Shown: positions 54,813 to 63,837 of the stretch, in pieces
How the letters are laid out: each line of letters starts with the position of its first letter
How positions within the stretch are numbered: the stretch's first letter is position 1
Source: Bacilli bacterium
GTDB taxonomy: Bacteria; Bacillota_I; Bacilli_A; RFN20; CAG-826
Direction: 5' to 3'
Assembly (NCBI GenBank): GCA_045597865.1
Contig: JAZLKX010000052.1
Coordinates: 202,470 to 266,469 of the forward strand
DNA length: 64,000 bases
Translations under genes and position numbers: made by a program
The notes under the pieces: model-generated
Databases searched by the model: none
What the model saw: the letters and a program-made list of their open reading frames with translations, nothing else
Told to the model about the DNA's origin: nothing

Positions 54813-56405
54813 ATGGCAACTACTCCTGCAACTGAACTTACCTACGGCGAAGCCCTCAACCGTGCACAGGCTCTCATTGGCGAGGCCGTCAAGATTCTCG
54901 CGGTTGAACCGGCAGCCATGCAATTCTTCTCTATCCTTGAATTGCAGCCTATCAATAACCAGGAAGTTCAGATGCGGCTGAACACCCGTGACGGCGGTTC
55001 AACTGTTTACCTTGAATATAACCCCATCTGGATGTGCCGCATTGACGACCCCTCTATCTTGGCTTATTTCTTCTATTCCGAAGTGATTCGTATCGCTTTG
55101 CATCACTGCACCACTCGCCGCGCTTTGCCGGCTCAGTCGCAGTACCTCGCTTCAAACCTCCTGTGCTTTGAAGATCAGCGTTTGCTCTCCAAGTGGCGCA
55201 CTGAAGTGAAGAACATCCTGTCAACTATTCCTACCCATCAGCAGATCCAGCCGGTCCTCGGACCTCTCGGATTTGTCAAGGACAAGGACTGGTTCCTTGA
55301 ACGCCTCAAGGCCTACATCGAGAAGGCCATGAACATGAACAAGGAACAGAAGCTCCAGGAAGAAATGAAGCAGGCTGCTCAAAAGCGCAAGAACAAGGCC
55401 GGCCAGAAGCCTGACGACAAGGAAGGCAAGGGCGGTCAGGGCAAGGGTGACAAGCCTGAAGATGGTCAGCAGGGTGAAGATCAGCAAGGCGGTGGCCAGG
55501 GTGATAAGGACCAGCAGGATCAGCAGAATCAGCAGGGACAAGGTCAGGGCCAGGGCGACGGCCAGGGAGATCAGCAGGGTAACGGCAACGGCCAAGGTGA
55601 CGCTGATGACGGTGAATCCGATCCTGATGTACGAGGCAACAATACCGGCAACGGAAATGCCTCTGACTGCGCCAAGGCATGTCAGGAATACTTTGACAGC
55701 AGCGAAAGCCACGCTCGTACCCAGACTGCAAACTGGGGTGAAAATACAATGGTTGATGAAGAAGTTCAGTCCATTGCCCAGCATATCGCAAAGAACCCTG
55801 AAATGTGGGGTAACATGCCTGGCAAGCTCCAGGAACTGATCATCGCTTGCAACAAGTCCAAGTTTGACCCGACGAAGATCGTTAAGCACTTCAAGCAGGA
55901 AGTTCAGTCTGAGCTGTTTGAACAGAGCCGTTCCAAGGCCAATCGTCGTAACGAAGATCTGTCTGGCTGGCGCCACAAGATGAAGGCATCTATGGGTTTC
56001 TTCACCGACGTGTCAGGTTCTATGAGCGATGATGATGTAGCCATGGGGCAGGCATTCATGACCAACTTCATCAAGCATACCGAACTGTATTACGCTGACT
56101 GGGACGCATCCTGCGGTGAAATCCGTCGCATCAAGCGTGACCCGCTAAAGAAGGGTCAGATGGAAGTTCTCGGCCGTGGCGGTACCGATCCGCAGTGCAT
56201 CCTTGACAAGCTCAAGGAAGAAAAGATGAAGCTCGGTGGCATCGTGGTGTTCACTGACTGTTACTTCAGTTGGCCGCGTCCGGCTAGCAAGTGGGTCAAC
56301 AAGATCTTCATCATCAGCACCGCTGACGGTGGCCAGCCTCCTGAATGGTGCCGCTTCTTCCTGAACATCAAGGACATTCGTGAATGGTATGACCGTCAGC
56401 ACTAA
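54813..56405 (+). CDS. DUF2201-type metallopeptidase-like/VWA protein, MoxR partner
   Basis: YNP.W, Q/G/D-rich linker, MIDAS DVSGS, GRGGTD, VFTD. Confidence 0.85.
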   Translation: MATTPATELTYGEALNRAQALIGEAVKILAVEPAAMQFFSILELQPINNQEVQMRLNTRDGGSTVYLEYNPIWMCRIDDPSILAYFFYSEVIRIALHHCTTRRALPAQSQYLASNLLCFEDQRLLSKWRTEVKNILSTIPTHQQIQPVLGPLGFVKDKDWFLERLKAYIEKAMNMNKEQKLQEEMKQAAQKRKNKAGQKPDDKEGKGGQGKGDKPEDGQQGEDQQGGGQGDKDQQDQQNQQGQGQGQGDGQGDQQGNGNGQGDADDGESDPDVRGNNTGNGNASDCAKACQEYFDSSESHARTQTANWGENTMVDEEVQSIAQHIAKNPEMWGNMPGKLQELIIACNKSKFDPTKIVKHFKQEVQSELFEQSRSKANRRNEDLSGWRHKMKASMGFFTDVSGSMSDDDVAMGQAFMTNFIKHTELYYADWDASCGEIRRIKRDPLKKGQMEVLGRGGTDPQCILDKLKEEKMKLGGIVVFTDCYFSWPRPASKWVNKIFIISTADGGQPPEWCRFFLNIKDIREWYDRQH

Positions 56406-56418
56406 GGAGGTGTTCATT

Positions 56419-57123
56419 ATGAACATGCATGATGTTCTTAAAGAAGTTAGCGACAACTGTGGCATTGAGCTCAAGCCAGTGCCATATAATGTTGTCCAGC
56501 CAGGCGTCGACTGTATTAGCGCAGTGCAGTGGGGTGCACCGTTCAGGCGAAGTACAGAAAAAAGCTATTATGATAACTTGCTGTGCGTACCATTGACGCA
56601 GTTCATGACCACCGATGAGATTAACAGTCTCAGCGGGCTGTTGCCAAAGATCAGCAATGACGGCACAAAAAACGCTGATGATCTGTGGGAAGTAAAGGAT
56701 GGTGTCTTCTACATGAAAGAATGGGGCCACCCATGGTTACTTACGGCCTTTGCTGATCCTAATACAGAGAACAACAAGCATTTCCTTGAAAAGCTCATGT
56801 ATTATAGTAGCAAGCGCAACTTCCCGGATGTGCGCTATACGCTGACTGGCCAGAAGTGTGATCTTAGCAAGCTTGAGATCAAAGCCGGTATGCACATGGG
56901 CTTTTACAAAAGCGCACGTCTATTCAAGGAAATGGAATATGTATCAGTGTATCATTCTCACAAGAACATGGTGACGAGTCTCACTAACACAGTAAAGAAC
57001 CTCAAGGAACTTTCTGGTTTACTTGTGCAGGATTACATTGATATGAATAATGCGTATGACCGAGCACACGCTCGCATTTCAATTATTCAAAAGAAATTCT
57101 CTATCCTTAAAGAATCTCGTTAA
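56419..57123 (+). CDS. hypothetical protein
   Basis: AAGGAGG RBS favours ATG 56419. Confidence 0.7.
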   Translation: MNMHDVLKEVSDNCGIELKPVPYNVVQPGVDCISAVQWGAPFRRSTEKSYYDNLLCVPLTQFMTTDEINSLSGLLPKISNDGTKNADDLWEVKDGVFYMKEWGHPWLLTAFADPNTENNKHFLEKLMYYSSKRNFPDVRYTLTGQKCDLSKLEIKAGMHMGFYKSARLFKEMEYVSVYHSHKNMVTSLTNTVKNLKELSGLLVQDYIDMNNAYDRAHARISIIQKKFSILKESR

Positions 57124-57164
57124 TTCTTTTTTATTTTTCTCGTATTATAATTCTTTGTTTGATA

Positions 57165-57465
57165 TCTTGAACCGGAGACAGTAAGCCCGGTTGAGCAAAC
57201 TGTCTCCGATTTAAAAGTGTCTTTGTTTTGACTCTTTCACCGTATGACGTGTAAGTGGATTTACATGAGAGCTTACGGGACGGTTGCCCTGTACTCCGGC
57301 TACATCTCTCAAGACCCGCGGCGGCTATATGATCAACCTGCCGGTTGATCTTCGTTGGAAATTCATTTGCAGCGTCAGTCTCCTTGCTGGCGCCATGACC
57401 GCCCTCTACCGATACTCACATTGGGTTGCTGTTCGCTCCGAGGAACGGGTTTACTGATTTTGTTT
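57165..57465 (-). ncRNA. candidate structured non-coding RNA (strand tentative)
   Basis: No ORF; many nested stems; extended -10 TGTTAAATT on - strand near 57468-57477. Confidence 0.5.
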
Positions 57466-57696
57466 CAAATTTAACAAAAGTAGTCCAGATTTGGGCTACA
57501 TCGGATATTTTTCCTTATATATAACGATTTTGGCCGGTTAGTTTTGATAATACCCCAGAAAGTCCGTAAATAACACAATTACAGACGATTATTACAGTTT
57601 TTTTTAAAAATTTCATATTTTTTCAAAAAAATCCATTGAAGATCGGCAATATAGTTGTTATATTTTACTCGTAAAACAAAATAACTGAGGTTAACA

Positions 57697-57876
57697 ATGA
57701 AATTCACTGAATGCACCGAACTCGCCCGCAAGCACAACGCTGCACTCCGCCGTAAGGCAAAGATCGCCGTTTGGGTTTACAACCTGAAGATGGTTGCCCT
57801 CGCTGTTGCCGGCGTCATTGTTCTGTACGGCATGTTGTGGCTCGGTGCTTTCCTTGATTATGTCGCAGGCGTTTAA
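57697..57876 (+). CDS. small membrane protein, 59 aa (not in ORF track)
   Basis: Promoter, AACTGAGG RBS; C-terminal hydrophobic helix. Confidence 0.75.
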   Translation: MKFTECTELARKHNAALRRKAKIAVWVYNLKMVALAVAGVIVLYGMLWLGAFLDYVAGV

Positions 57877-57885
57877 CTTGAGGTA

Positions 57886-58596
57886 TTGAAAATGGAGCTA
57901 TTGAAATTCCGTACTGGCGACTTTGAGTCGCTCAAGCTCAATGACGGTATTGCTGGCCGCCAGGAATGGTGGACAAAGATGATGCGTCACTTTGAAGAGG
58001 CCGACCTCTTTATTCTTCGTTTCAACGCCGACTTCGGCAATGATAAGATCGGCGGTGGCTACCACTGGGAAAAAGGCTGCAACTTCATTGAAATGCCAGC
58101 AATTCACGGCGAGTACACCTACGATGAAAACGGCTTGAAGTTCCCCTCGGATGAAGCTTTCGCTTGCTTCGTGCACGAGTGCCAGCACTTTATGCACTTG
58201 TATGTTGATGACGGCCGTTGTCAAGCCCCCGGCTATGAAGACTCTTACGAAGAAGATTACCCGTGCCGCCCAGACAATTTTCAAATGACACCTGATATTA
58301 TGCGCAAGTGTGAGTATGAAGCGTCTTACCGCGCAGTCTTTTACGGAAAGGTGTTCAAAATGTTCCCCGGGTCACGAGTGAACTTTGAAGTCCAGATGGG
58401 CAATATGTTTACCCGCGACATTCACTTGTCAGACTTTTGGCACAATGCACTTCAGGAACGCCTTGAGAAGGAACACATTGATCCCAGCAGCGACGAGTTC
58501 GGCCCATGGGTCAAAGCACATATCATTTCTAAGGTGAAGTCCATTTCATCTTGGTCAAACCCCAAACACGACTTTCCAGGTATTCTGGAAGATTAA
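57886..58596 (+). CDS. putative zincin metallopeptidase
   Basis: FVHECQHFMH (HExxH) with downstream CEYEA. Confidence 0.65.
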   Translation: MKMELLKFRTGDFESLKLNDGIAGRQEWWTKMMRHFEEADLFILRFNADFGNDKIGGGYHWEKGCNFIEMPAIHGEYTYDENGLKFPSDEAFACFVHECQHFMHLYVDDGRCQAPGYEDSYEEDYPCRPDNFQMTPDIMRKCEYEASYRAVFYGKVFKMFPGSRVNFEVQMGNMFTRDIHLSDFWHNALQERLEKEHIDPSSDEFGPWVKAHIISKVKSISSWSNPKHDFPGILED

Positions 58597-58606
58597 GGAG
58601 CTACCT

Positions 58607-58939
58607 ATGAATTACAAACGAATCGTCATGTTGTATGACAGCTATCTTGAAGCAACCCGTCGAGTCATCGCAGCTAACGTTGCTGCGTTGAAAGCCCGTG
58701 ACACCCAGGAAGCAGCTAAGCAGGCGTATTTGCTAGCGATGCTGAGGGTGATGTATTATGAACAGTTTGATACAAGCTACCAGCCGCACAGCGAAAATGC
58801 AGCCTTTATTGCCCATCAGATTGAGAACAGTTGGCAGCTTGTCGGCGTTGCTCGTGATAATTGCGACGAGGCCGGTTTTGACTGGCGAAGCTGCGAAGTG
58901 CCAGATTTGACTGCTTATATTAATGCAAAACCGCAGTAA
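58607..58939 (+). CDS. hypothetical protein, 110 aa
   Basis: AAGGAG RBS. Confidence 0.7.
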   Translation: MNYKRIVMLYDSYLEATRRVIAANVAALKARDTQEAAKQAYLLAMLRVMYYEQFDTSYQPHSENAAFIAHQIENSWQLVGVARDNCDEAGFDWRSCEVPDLTAYINAKPQ

Positions 58940-59132
58940 TTATTACAGTATTTTTCATTAAACATCTGTAATTGTGTTATAACCGGCGCCACTGTATAAT
59001 TATTCAAAATAGGAGGAAATTACAGTATTTTTCAGAAAAATGAAGTTTTTTCATATTTTTTGAAAAATCCATTGCCACGCTGCAGAATAGTTGTTATATT
59101 TTACTCGTAAAATTGAAACAACTGAGGTTACT

Positions 59133-59372
59133 ATGGAAAAGATTGTCAAACAGCTTGCTAAGGAAATCAATACCAAAGCTTTTTACAAAACTCACGTCAC
59201 CGTTGACGTCACCGTTCGCAAGGTTCGTCATGATGGCACTGTGCCTGTTGTTTTGAAACTCCGCAAGTACGGACAGGTCGCTTATGATCAGACTTGCAAC
59301 GGTTTCGCCGAAGCAATTCAAATTCTGAATACTTTGAAGTTCCAACTCGCTTACACCATTCTCGCAGCCTAA
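59133..59372 (+). CDS. early hypothetical protein
   Basis: AACTGAGG RBS fixes start at 59133. Confidence 0.72.
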   Translation: MEKIVKQLAKEINTKAFYKTHVTVDVTVRKVRHDGTVPVVLKLRKYGQVAYDQTCNGFAEAIQILNTLKFQLAYTILAA

Positions 59373-59383
59373 AGAGGTAAAAC

Positions 59384-59914
59384 ATGACTATTTTGAACAT
59401 CCACTGCCTTCGCCCTTTGATTCCGACCGGAACCGGCTCCTATTTCCGTAAGGCTGACATCTGCAAGGAATATGACCTGCCGTATGACTACAGCCGCGAC
59501 TACAACTGCACTCATGAACAGGTTGAATACAAGAAGGCAGTTTGGCTCCAGATGCTGGAAACTATTGAACGCCTCGGTGACAAGGCAACCGCCGCAAACA
59601 TCCGCGCTGAAATGGGTTGGGGTACAAACGCTAGCCGCAGCCACTGCGACTACTTCAGCACCCTTAAGTACCGCGGTGAAATTGACTGGAGCTACAAAAT
59701 GGTTGATGGCAAGAAGAAGCCGGTGTACTGCCTAACAAACATTGGCAAGAGTACCATCAGCTATGCTCACAACAAACTGTCAAAGGCTTTGACTGAGGCT
59801 GAAAAGCGCGGCACAAAGCGTTTGACCAAGGAAGAATTCGCCGGCATTTGCCGTCGCCGCGTGGTAGCCAATCAGAAGCGTGAAATCATCAAGGAGGCAA
59901 CCTGTGGCTTCTAA
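59384..59914 (+). CDS. putative winged-helix DNA-binding protein
   Basis: ATAANIRAEMG...YFSTLKYRGEIDW........VYCLTNIG. Confidence 0.55.
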   Translation: MTILNIHCLRPLIPTGTGSYFRKADICKEYDLPYDYSRDYNCTHEQVEYKKAVWLQMLETIERLGDKATAANIRAEMGWGTNASRSHCDYFSTLKYRGEIDWSYKMVDGKKKPVYCLTNIGKSTISYAHNKLSKALTEAEKRGTKRLTKEEFAGICRRRVVANQKREIIKEATCGF

Positions 59915-60050
59915 AGCTAAAGAAAGCGAGCGACAGCGCAACGAGCGCATCGCTAGCAGCAACAATGGCAATACCCTCAAGACAAGGGTCGTGTCTTCAA
60001 AGAAGAAGTACAAGCGAAACAAGAAAGTGAAAGATGAAGATCATGAATAA
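59904..60050 (+). CDS. small basic protein, 48 aa (not in ORF track)
   Basis: AAGGAGG RBS and GTG start; ..KTRVVSSKKKYKRNKK.. Confidence 0.65.
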   Translation: MASKAKESERQRNERIASSNNGNTLKTRVVSSKKKYKRNKKVKDEDHE

Positions 60051-60156
60051 ACTGACAAAAAATTGGTGATTTTTCCAATTTATCCCTTGACAAGATCGAG
60101 TTAAATTGTTATTATTTACTCGTAAATTGAAAATCCACCAACTACGAGGTTTTGAT

Positions 60157-60771
60157 ATGGCTACTCCGTTCCGCTTGCTTGACAAAGAAATTCAGCGCAA
60201 CTTCGCTAAGGACTTCCCCGGCTTTTCCGGCATGGTGTTCAACAAGCTGTTCAGCAAACACGTCTGCACAGGCAAGGATCTGAGAGTCAACGACCTCATG
60301 TACGATTGTTACTTTGTCAATTCTTTCAAGGGCATCAGCCGCGAAGACATGCCAGCAAAGGCTCAGGCGCTGCTTGACCTGTTCACTGCAGCTATCCGCA
60401 AGGGTGAGATTGAAGAGCGTAAGCGCCAGATCCGCAACGAAGCTGCCGGCCTGATTACGATTGAACAGGCAAAAGAACGTTTCTGGTTCCTCCAGATCGG
60501 ATACGCCTATAAGAAGATCAGCGTCAGAGCAAAGCAGGTGATTAACTGGGAAACCCGTGAATGCGCCCTTGACTGGAACCGCAACACAGTGTTCCTGAGC
60601 AGCTCGGACACTTCCATTGAAATCAGCAAGGAAGATGTATATGAACCCCAGCAGTTCATCACTGCCTACAAGAACCTTGTTGAAAAGAACCTCAAGTGGG
60701 CACAGGAACGCCTGGCCATCTTGGGACAGATGCAGGAAATGGGTGAACAGCTCGCTGAGGAAATTTTTTAA
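60157..60771 (+). CDS. early hypothetical protein
   Basis: GAGG RBS behind promoter repeat fixes start at 60157. Confidence 0.72.
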   Translation: MATPFRLLDKEIQRNFAKDFPGFSGMVFNKLFSKHVCTGKDLRVNDLMYDCYFVNSFKGISREDMPAKAQALLDLFTAAIRKGEIEERKRQIRNEAAGLITIEQAKERFWFLQIGYAYKKISVRAKQVINWETRECALDWNRNTVFLSSSDTSIEISKEDVYEPQQFITAYKNLVEKNLKWAQERLAILGQMQEMGEQLAEEIF

Positions 60772-60860
60772 ATTTTTTCAATGTTTACCCTTGACGGTAA
60801 ACTGAAAAATTGTTATTTTTAACTCGTTAAAACAAAACAACTCAACTGAGGCAAAAAACT

Positions 60861-61394
60861 ATGGTTATTGACAACATTCTCGCTGCAATTAAGGCTGCCA
60901 CTCTCAATGCTAACGGTGAAACTCGCGTACAGATTACTTCTACTGGCACTGGTTGCTCTCAGCTCCTCAAGGGTCGCAGTAAGAACTCCTTGAAAGAAAA
61001 GACCGGCCTTGATCTTAACACTGTGACCAAGACCTCGGTATTTGAAGCTCGCATCGGCAACATCAGCTACGCTGAAGTCAAGGCTGCCAACGGTTATGAA
61101 ACTCCGGTGCAGAAGAAGACCGGTGAATACTCTTACGTCCCGGGCTTTGAAGGCATCTTGGCAATGAACAACAAGACTGGCGAATATCAGCTCCGTTACT
61201 TTGTCAAGCCGCAGGAAGACAAGCACATCAGCACAAGCTATGTGACCGCCGACGGTGAAACTTTCAACCCGTACGACGAAAAGTACGCCGACTTCCGCAG
61301 GGAAAAGAAGGAGATCAGCGAAGAACACGTCAACGACATGGGCGTCCGTTACATCGGGATCGGCAAGATTGTTGAACTCAAAGTAATCGCCTAA
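60861..61394 (+). CDS. early hypothetical protein, 177 aa
   Basis: Promoter repeat and AACTGAGG RBS. Confidence 0.75.
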   Translation: MVIDNILAAIKAATLNANGETRVQITSTGTGCSQLLKGRSKNSLKEKTGLDLNTVTKTSVFEARIGNISYAEVKAANGYETPVQKKTGEYSYVPGFEGILAMNNKTGEYQLRYFVKPQEDKHISTSYVTADGETFNPYDEKYADFRREKKEISEEHVNDMGVRYIGIGKIVELKVIA

Positions 61395-61403
61395 GGAGGA
61401 ACT

Positions 61404-61583
61404 GTGAAGGTTTATGTTTTGACCCGTACTGACAACTTCGGTGAACCGCGCCGTATGATTGAAGGCGTTTTCAAAACTCGTGAACACGCGGAAGCTGAAA
61501 GGCAGAATTTGCTGAAGATGTACAATGCGCCGTCCAAGCTCTGTACTGATACGGAGATTGATGAACGCGAACTTGAGGACTAA
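61404..61583 (+). CDS. small protein, 59 aa (not in ORF track)
   Basis: AAGGAGG RBS and GTG; MKVYVL...IEGVFKTREHAE common phage small-protein pattern. Confidence 0.7.
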   Translation: MKVYVLTRTDNFGEPRRMIEGVFKTREHAEAERQNLLKMYNAPSKLCTDTEIDERELED

Positions 61584-61592
61584 TCCTCATTT

Positions 61593-61665
61593 GGTTCTGT
61601 AGCTCAGCTGGAAGAGCAGCGCACTTTTAATGCGCGGGTCGCGGGTTCGAATCCCACCAGAGCCA
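61593..61665 (+). tRNA. trnK: tRNA-Lys(UUU)
   Basis: GGTTCTG/CAGAGCC acceptor; GCGCA-CTTTTAA-TGCGC; TTCGAAT T-loop. Confidence 0.93.
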
Positions 61666-61844
61666 CGAAAAATCCTCACAGATCCGAAAGACTAGTGGAA
61701 CCGTCAATTCTGCTACTTGATTAGGAACCCTGCTGAGGCTATAGAGGCCAGTCTAACTCGAAGTATAATGTAAGACTGCGGACACAGAGGATTCCGGTGC
61801 AACTTCCTCTAGGTAAATATCACTGTTGCCTACTGCCGATATAA

Positions 61845-62477
61845 GTGGCTAAAAATGCGAAAGATTGGCAATGTCCATATTGTAATATAATTATTAAGTC
61901 AAGACGTAAATTACATGAACATTTAAAAAATTGTGATGAGAAGGAGAAATTACCAAAAGATTCTTTAGGAAGAGTTATAGTTCCTGGAATAGGCAAAAAG
62001 TCAGCAGAGACTTTTAGAAAGAAGGTTGAAGCTGGAGCCGCTGAATATAAAGGACATAAACATACTGAAGAAGCAAAAAAGAAAATATCTGAAAGTCGTT
62101 TGCTTGCTTTAAAAGAAGGGCGTGGTAATCATTGGATTTGTCCACATATTCATAGAAGTTATGCTGAACAGTATTTTTACGATGCTTTTACTAATAAAGG
62201 TATTTTATTTGAAAATAATGTTTGGTTGTGTAAACGTTACTGTGTAGATTTTTTATTTGGCAATTTTTATTTTGAAGTTGATGGCGAACAACATTTTACT
62301 GATGAAGCAATAAAACATGATAATGAACGTGAAAAGTTTTTACTTGAATACGGATATAAATGTATTGCCCGCTGTAGATGGAAAGATTTCAAACAATTAA
62401 GCTTTGAACAAAAAGAGAATTATATAAACGGACTGGTAGCCCAACTGGCAGAGGCAAACGGCTCAAACCCGTTCTAG
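61845..62477 (+). CDS. free-standing homing-type endonuclease: Zn finger + NUMOD3 + DUF559/Vsr-like nuclease
   Basis: CPYC..LHEHL..C; HTEEAKKKISES; SYAE, VDF, EVDGEQH, D.ER..FL...GY; AT-rich relative to neighbours. Confidence 0.8.
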   Translation: MAKNAKDWQCPYCNIIIKSRRKLHEHLKNCDEKEKLPKDSLGRVIVPGIGKKSAETFRKKVEAGAAEYKGHKHTEEAKKKISESRLLALKEGRGNHWICPHIHRSYAEQYFYDAFTNKGILFENNVWLCKRYCVDFLFGNFYFEVDGEQHFTDEAIKHDNEREKFLLEYGYKCIARCRWKDFKQLSFEQKENYINGLVAQLAEANGSNPF

Positions 62478-62503
62478 TGTGAGTTCAAATCTCACCCGGT
62501 CTA
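62430..62503 (+). tRNA. trnL: tRNA-Leu(CAA), short variable arm
   Basis: GGACTGG/CCGGTCT; AACGG-CTCAAAC-CCGTT. Confidence 0.85.
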
Positions 62504-62530
62504 TTACAAACTTTTAAAAAGAGGTAAAAC

Positions 62531-62701
62531 ATGGCTAAGAAGAACAAGAATACTCCTCGTGAAATGGAAACTCAGGAACAGAAGGAAGCTCGCTGGGCTA
62601 AGAACAACAAAATGGCCCGTTCGTTTGCTAAACAGGCTGGCTTGCTGAATAAGGCTATGACTGAACGAAAGGCCGCAAAGAAACCTAAGGAAGACTATTA
62701 A
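62531..62701 (+). CDS. small basic protein, 56 aa (not in ORF track)
   Basis: GAGG RBS; MAKKNKNTPRE... Confidence 0.65.
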   Translation: MAKKNKNTPREMETQEQKEARWAKNNKMARSFAKQAGLLNKAMTERKAAKKPKEDY

Positions 62702-62710
62702 CCCCAGTTT

Positions 62711-62795
62711 GCCTTAGTGCTGGAACTGGCATACAGATTGGACTTAAAATCCAAGGCCCGTAATGGGATTGAGGGTTCAAATCCCTCCTGAGGCA
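62711..62795 (+). tRNA. trnL: tRNA-Leu(UAA)
   Basis: GCCTTAG/CTGAGGC; TTGGA-CTTAAAA-TCCAA; long variable arm. Confidence 0.93.
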
Positions 62796-62810
62796 CTAAC
62801 CTTTAATTTT

Positions 62811-62884
62811 ACCCAGGTCCGTTAACTGGATGAAACGACGGGACTTCTAATCCCGACCTATGAGTTCGAGTCTCATCCTGGGTA
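62811..62884 (+). tRNA. trnR: tRNA-Arg(UCU)
   Basis: ACCCAGG/CCTGGGT; CGGGA-CTTCTAA-TCCCG. Confidence 0.88.
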
Positions 62885-62895
62885 TTATCTTAAAT

Positions 62896-62967
62896 TGACC
62901 TATGGTGTAACGGTTAGCACGCTGGACCTTGACTCCGGCAGTTCCTGTTCAAATCAGGATAGGTCAT
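62896..62967 (+). tRNA. trnQ: tRNA-Gln(UUG) with C33
   Basis: TGACCTA/TAGGTCA; CTGGA-CCTTGAC-TCCGG. Confidence 0.85.
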
Positions 62968-63028
62968 TAAAAGGTAATGAAGGTCCGATTCCTTCAAGCA
63001 GAGAGAACTGCGATAAAATAAAACTAAA

Positions 63029-63102
<74 letters not shown>

Positions 63103-63122
63103 TCAAATCTTTAGGAGTAATC

Positions 63123-63329
63123 ATGACCGAATTTGAACAAAAAGAAAAGCATTCAGTTGAGGACTATCTGAATTATCGCCTTGATGTTGCTCGAGCAGCT
63201 GGTGAAATCCCTATGGACAAGATCTTGGGGTTCAGCAGGGTTTATTTCTGCACAGACGGCAGAAAAGCTAAGCAATACGCCGCGACAAACAAAGCCCGGT
63301 TTGAAGCTGCCGAAAACGCTGAAAAATAA
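63123..63329 (+). CDS. hypothetical protein, 68 aa
   Basis: AGGAG RBS. Confidence 0.7.
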   Translation: MTEFEQKEKHSVEDYLNYRLDVARAAGEIPMDKILGFSRVYFCTDGRKAKQYAATNKARFEAAENAEK

Positions 63330-63528
63330 GCTGTTTTATTACAGTTTATAATGAAAAACATCTGTGGTTGTGTTGGGGATCAGTTATCCGTATAATTGCC
63401 AATATAACCGCAGAATTACAGTTTTATTACAGTTTTCAAAAAAATTCAGTTTTTTCTGTTTTATCCATTGCCAGAATAACAAATAGTTGTTATATTTTAC
63501 TACGTAAAACAAAACAACTGAGGTTATT

Positions 63529-63837
63529 ATGGCTACTGAAAACACTGAAAACACTGAAACTCGCGACGTTTGGTTTGTACTCTTCTCCGCCGGCGATGGC
63601 CGTTCCAAACACTATGGTTGGACTGCCTACTGGAAGGATGAAGTTGAAAACCGTGCAGCAGCTAAGCGTGGTGGTGACCGTTGCGCTCACAATCTGGGCG
63701 AAAACCGTTTTACAATGTACTACGGTATCGGCCGTACTTACGTGACCGACTCGCTTGACGCCTTCCTTAAGAAGTGCGAAAAGGCCGGCGTAAATCCGAA
63801 TCCTGACAGCCTTCGTGATTACGGCGTTGAACTTTAA
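63529..63837 (+). CDS. early hypothetical protein, 102 aa
   Basis: Promoter repeat and AACTGAGG RBS. Confidence 0.75.
   Translation: MATENTENTETRDVWFVLFSAGDGRSKHYGWTAYWKDEVENRAAAKRGGDRCAHNLGENRFTMYYGIGRTYVTDSLDAFLKKCEKAGVNPNPDSLRDYGVEL

Noticed and set aside
61666-62477. Group I intron carrying the endonuclease
   Set aside because: Flanking tRNAs are each complete and I could not identify P7 core elements
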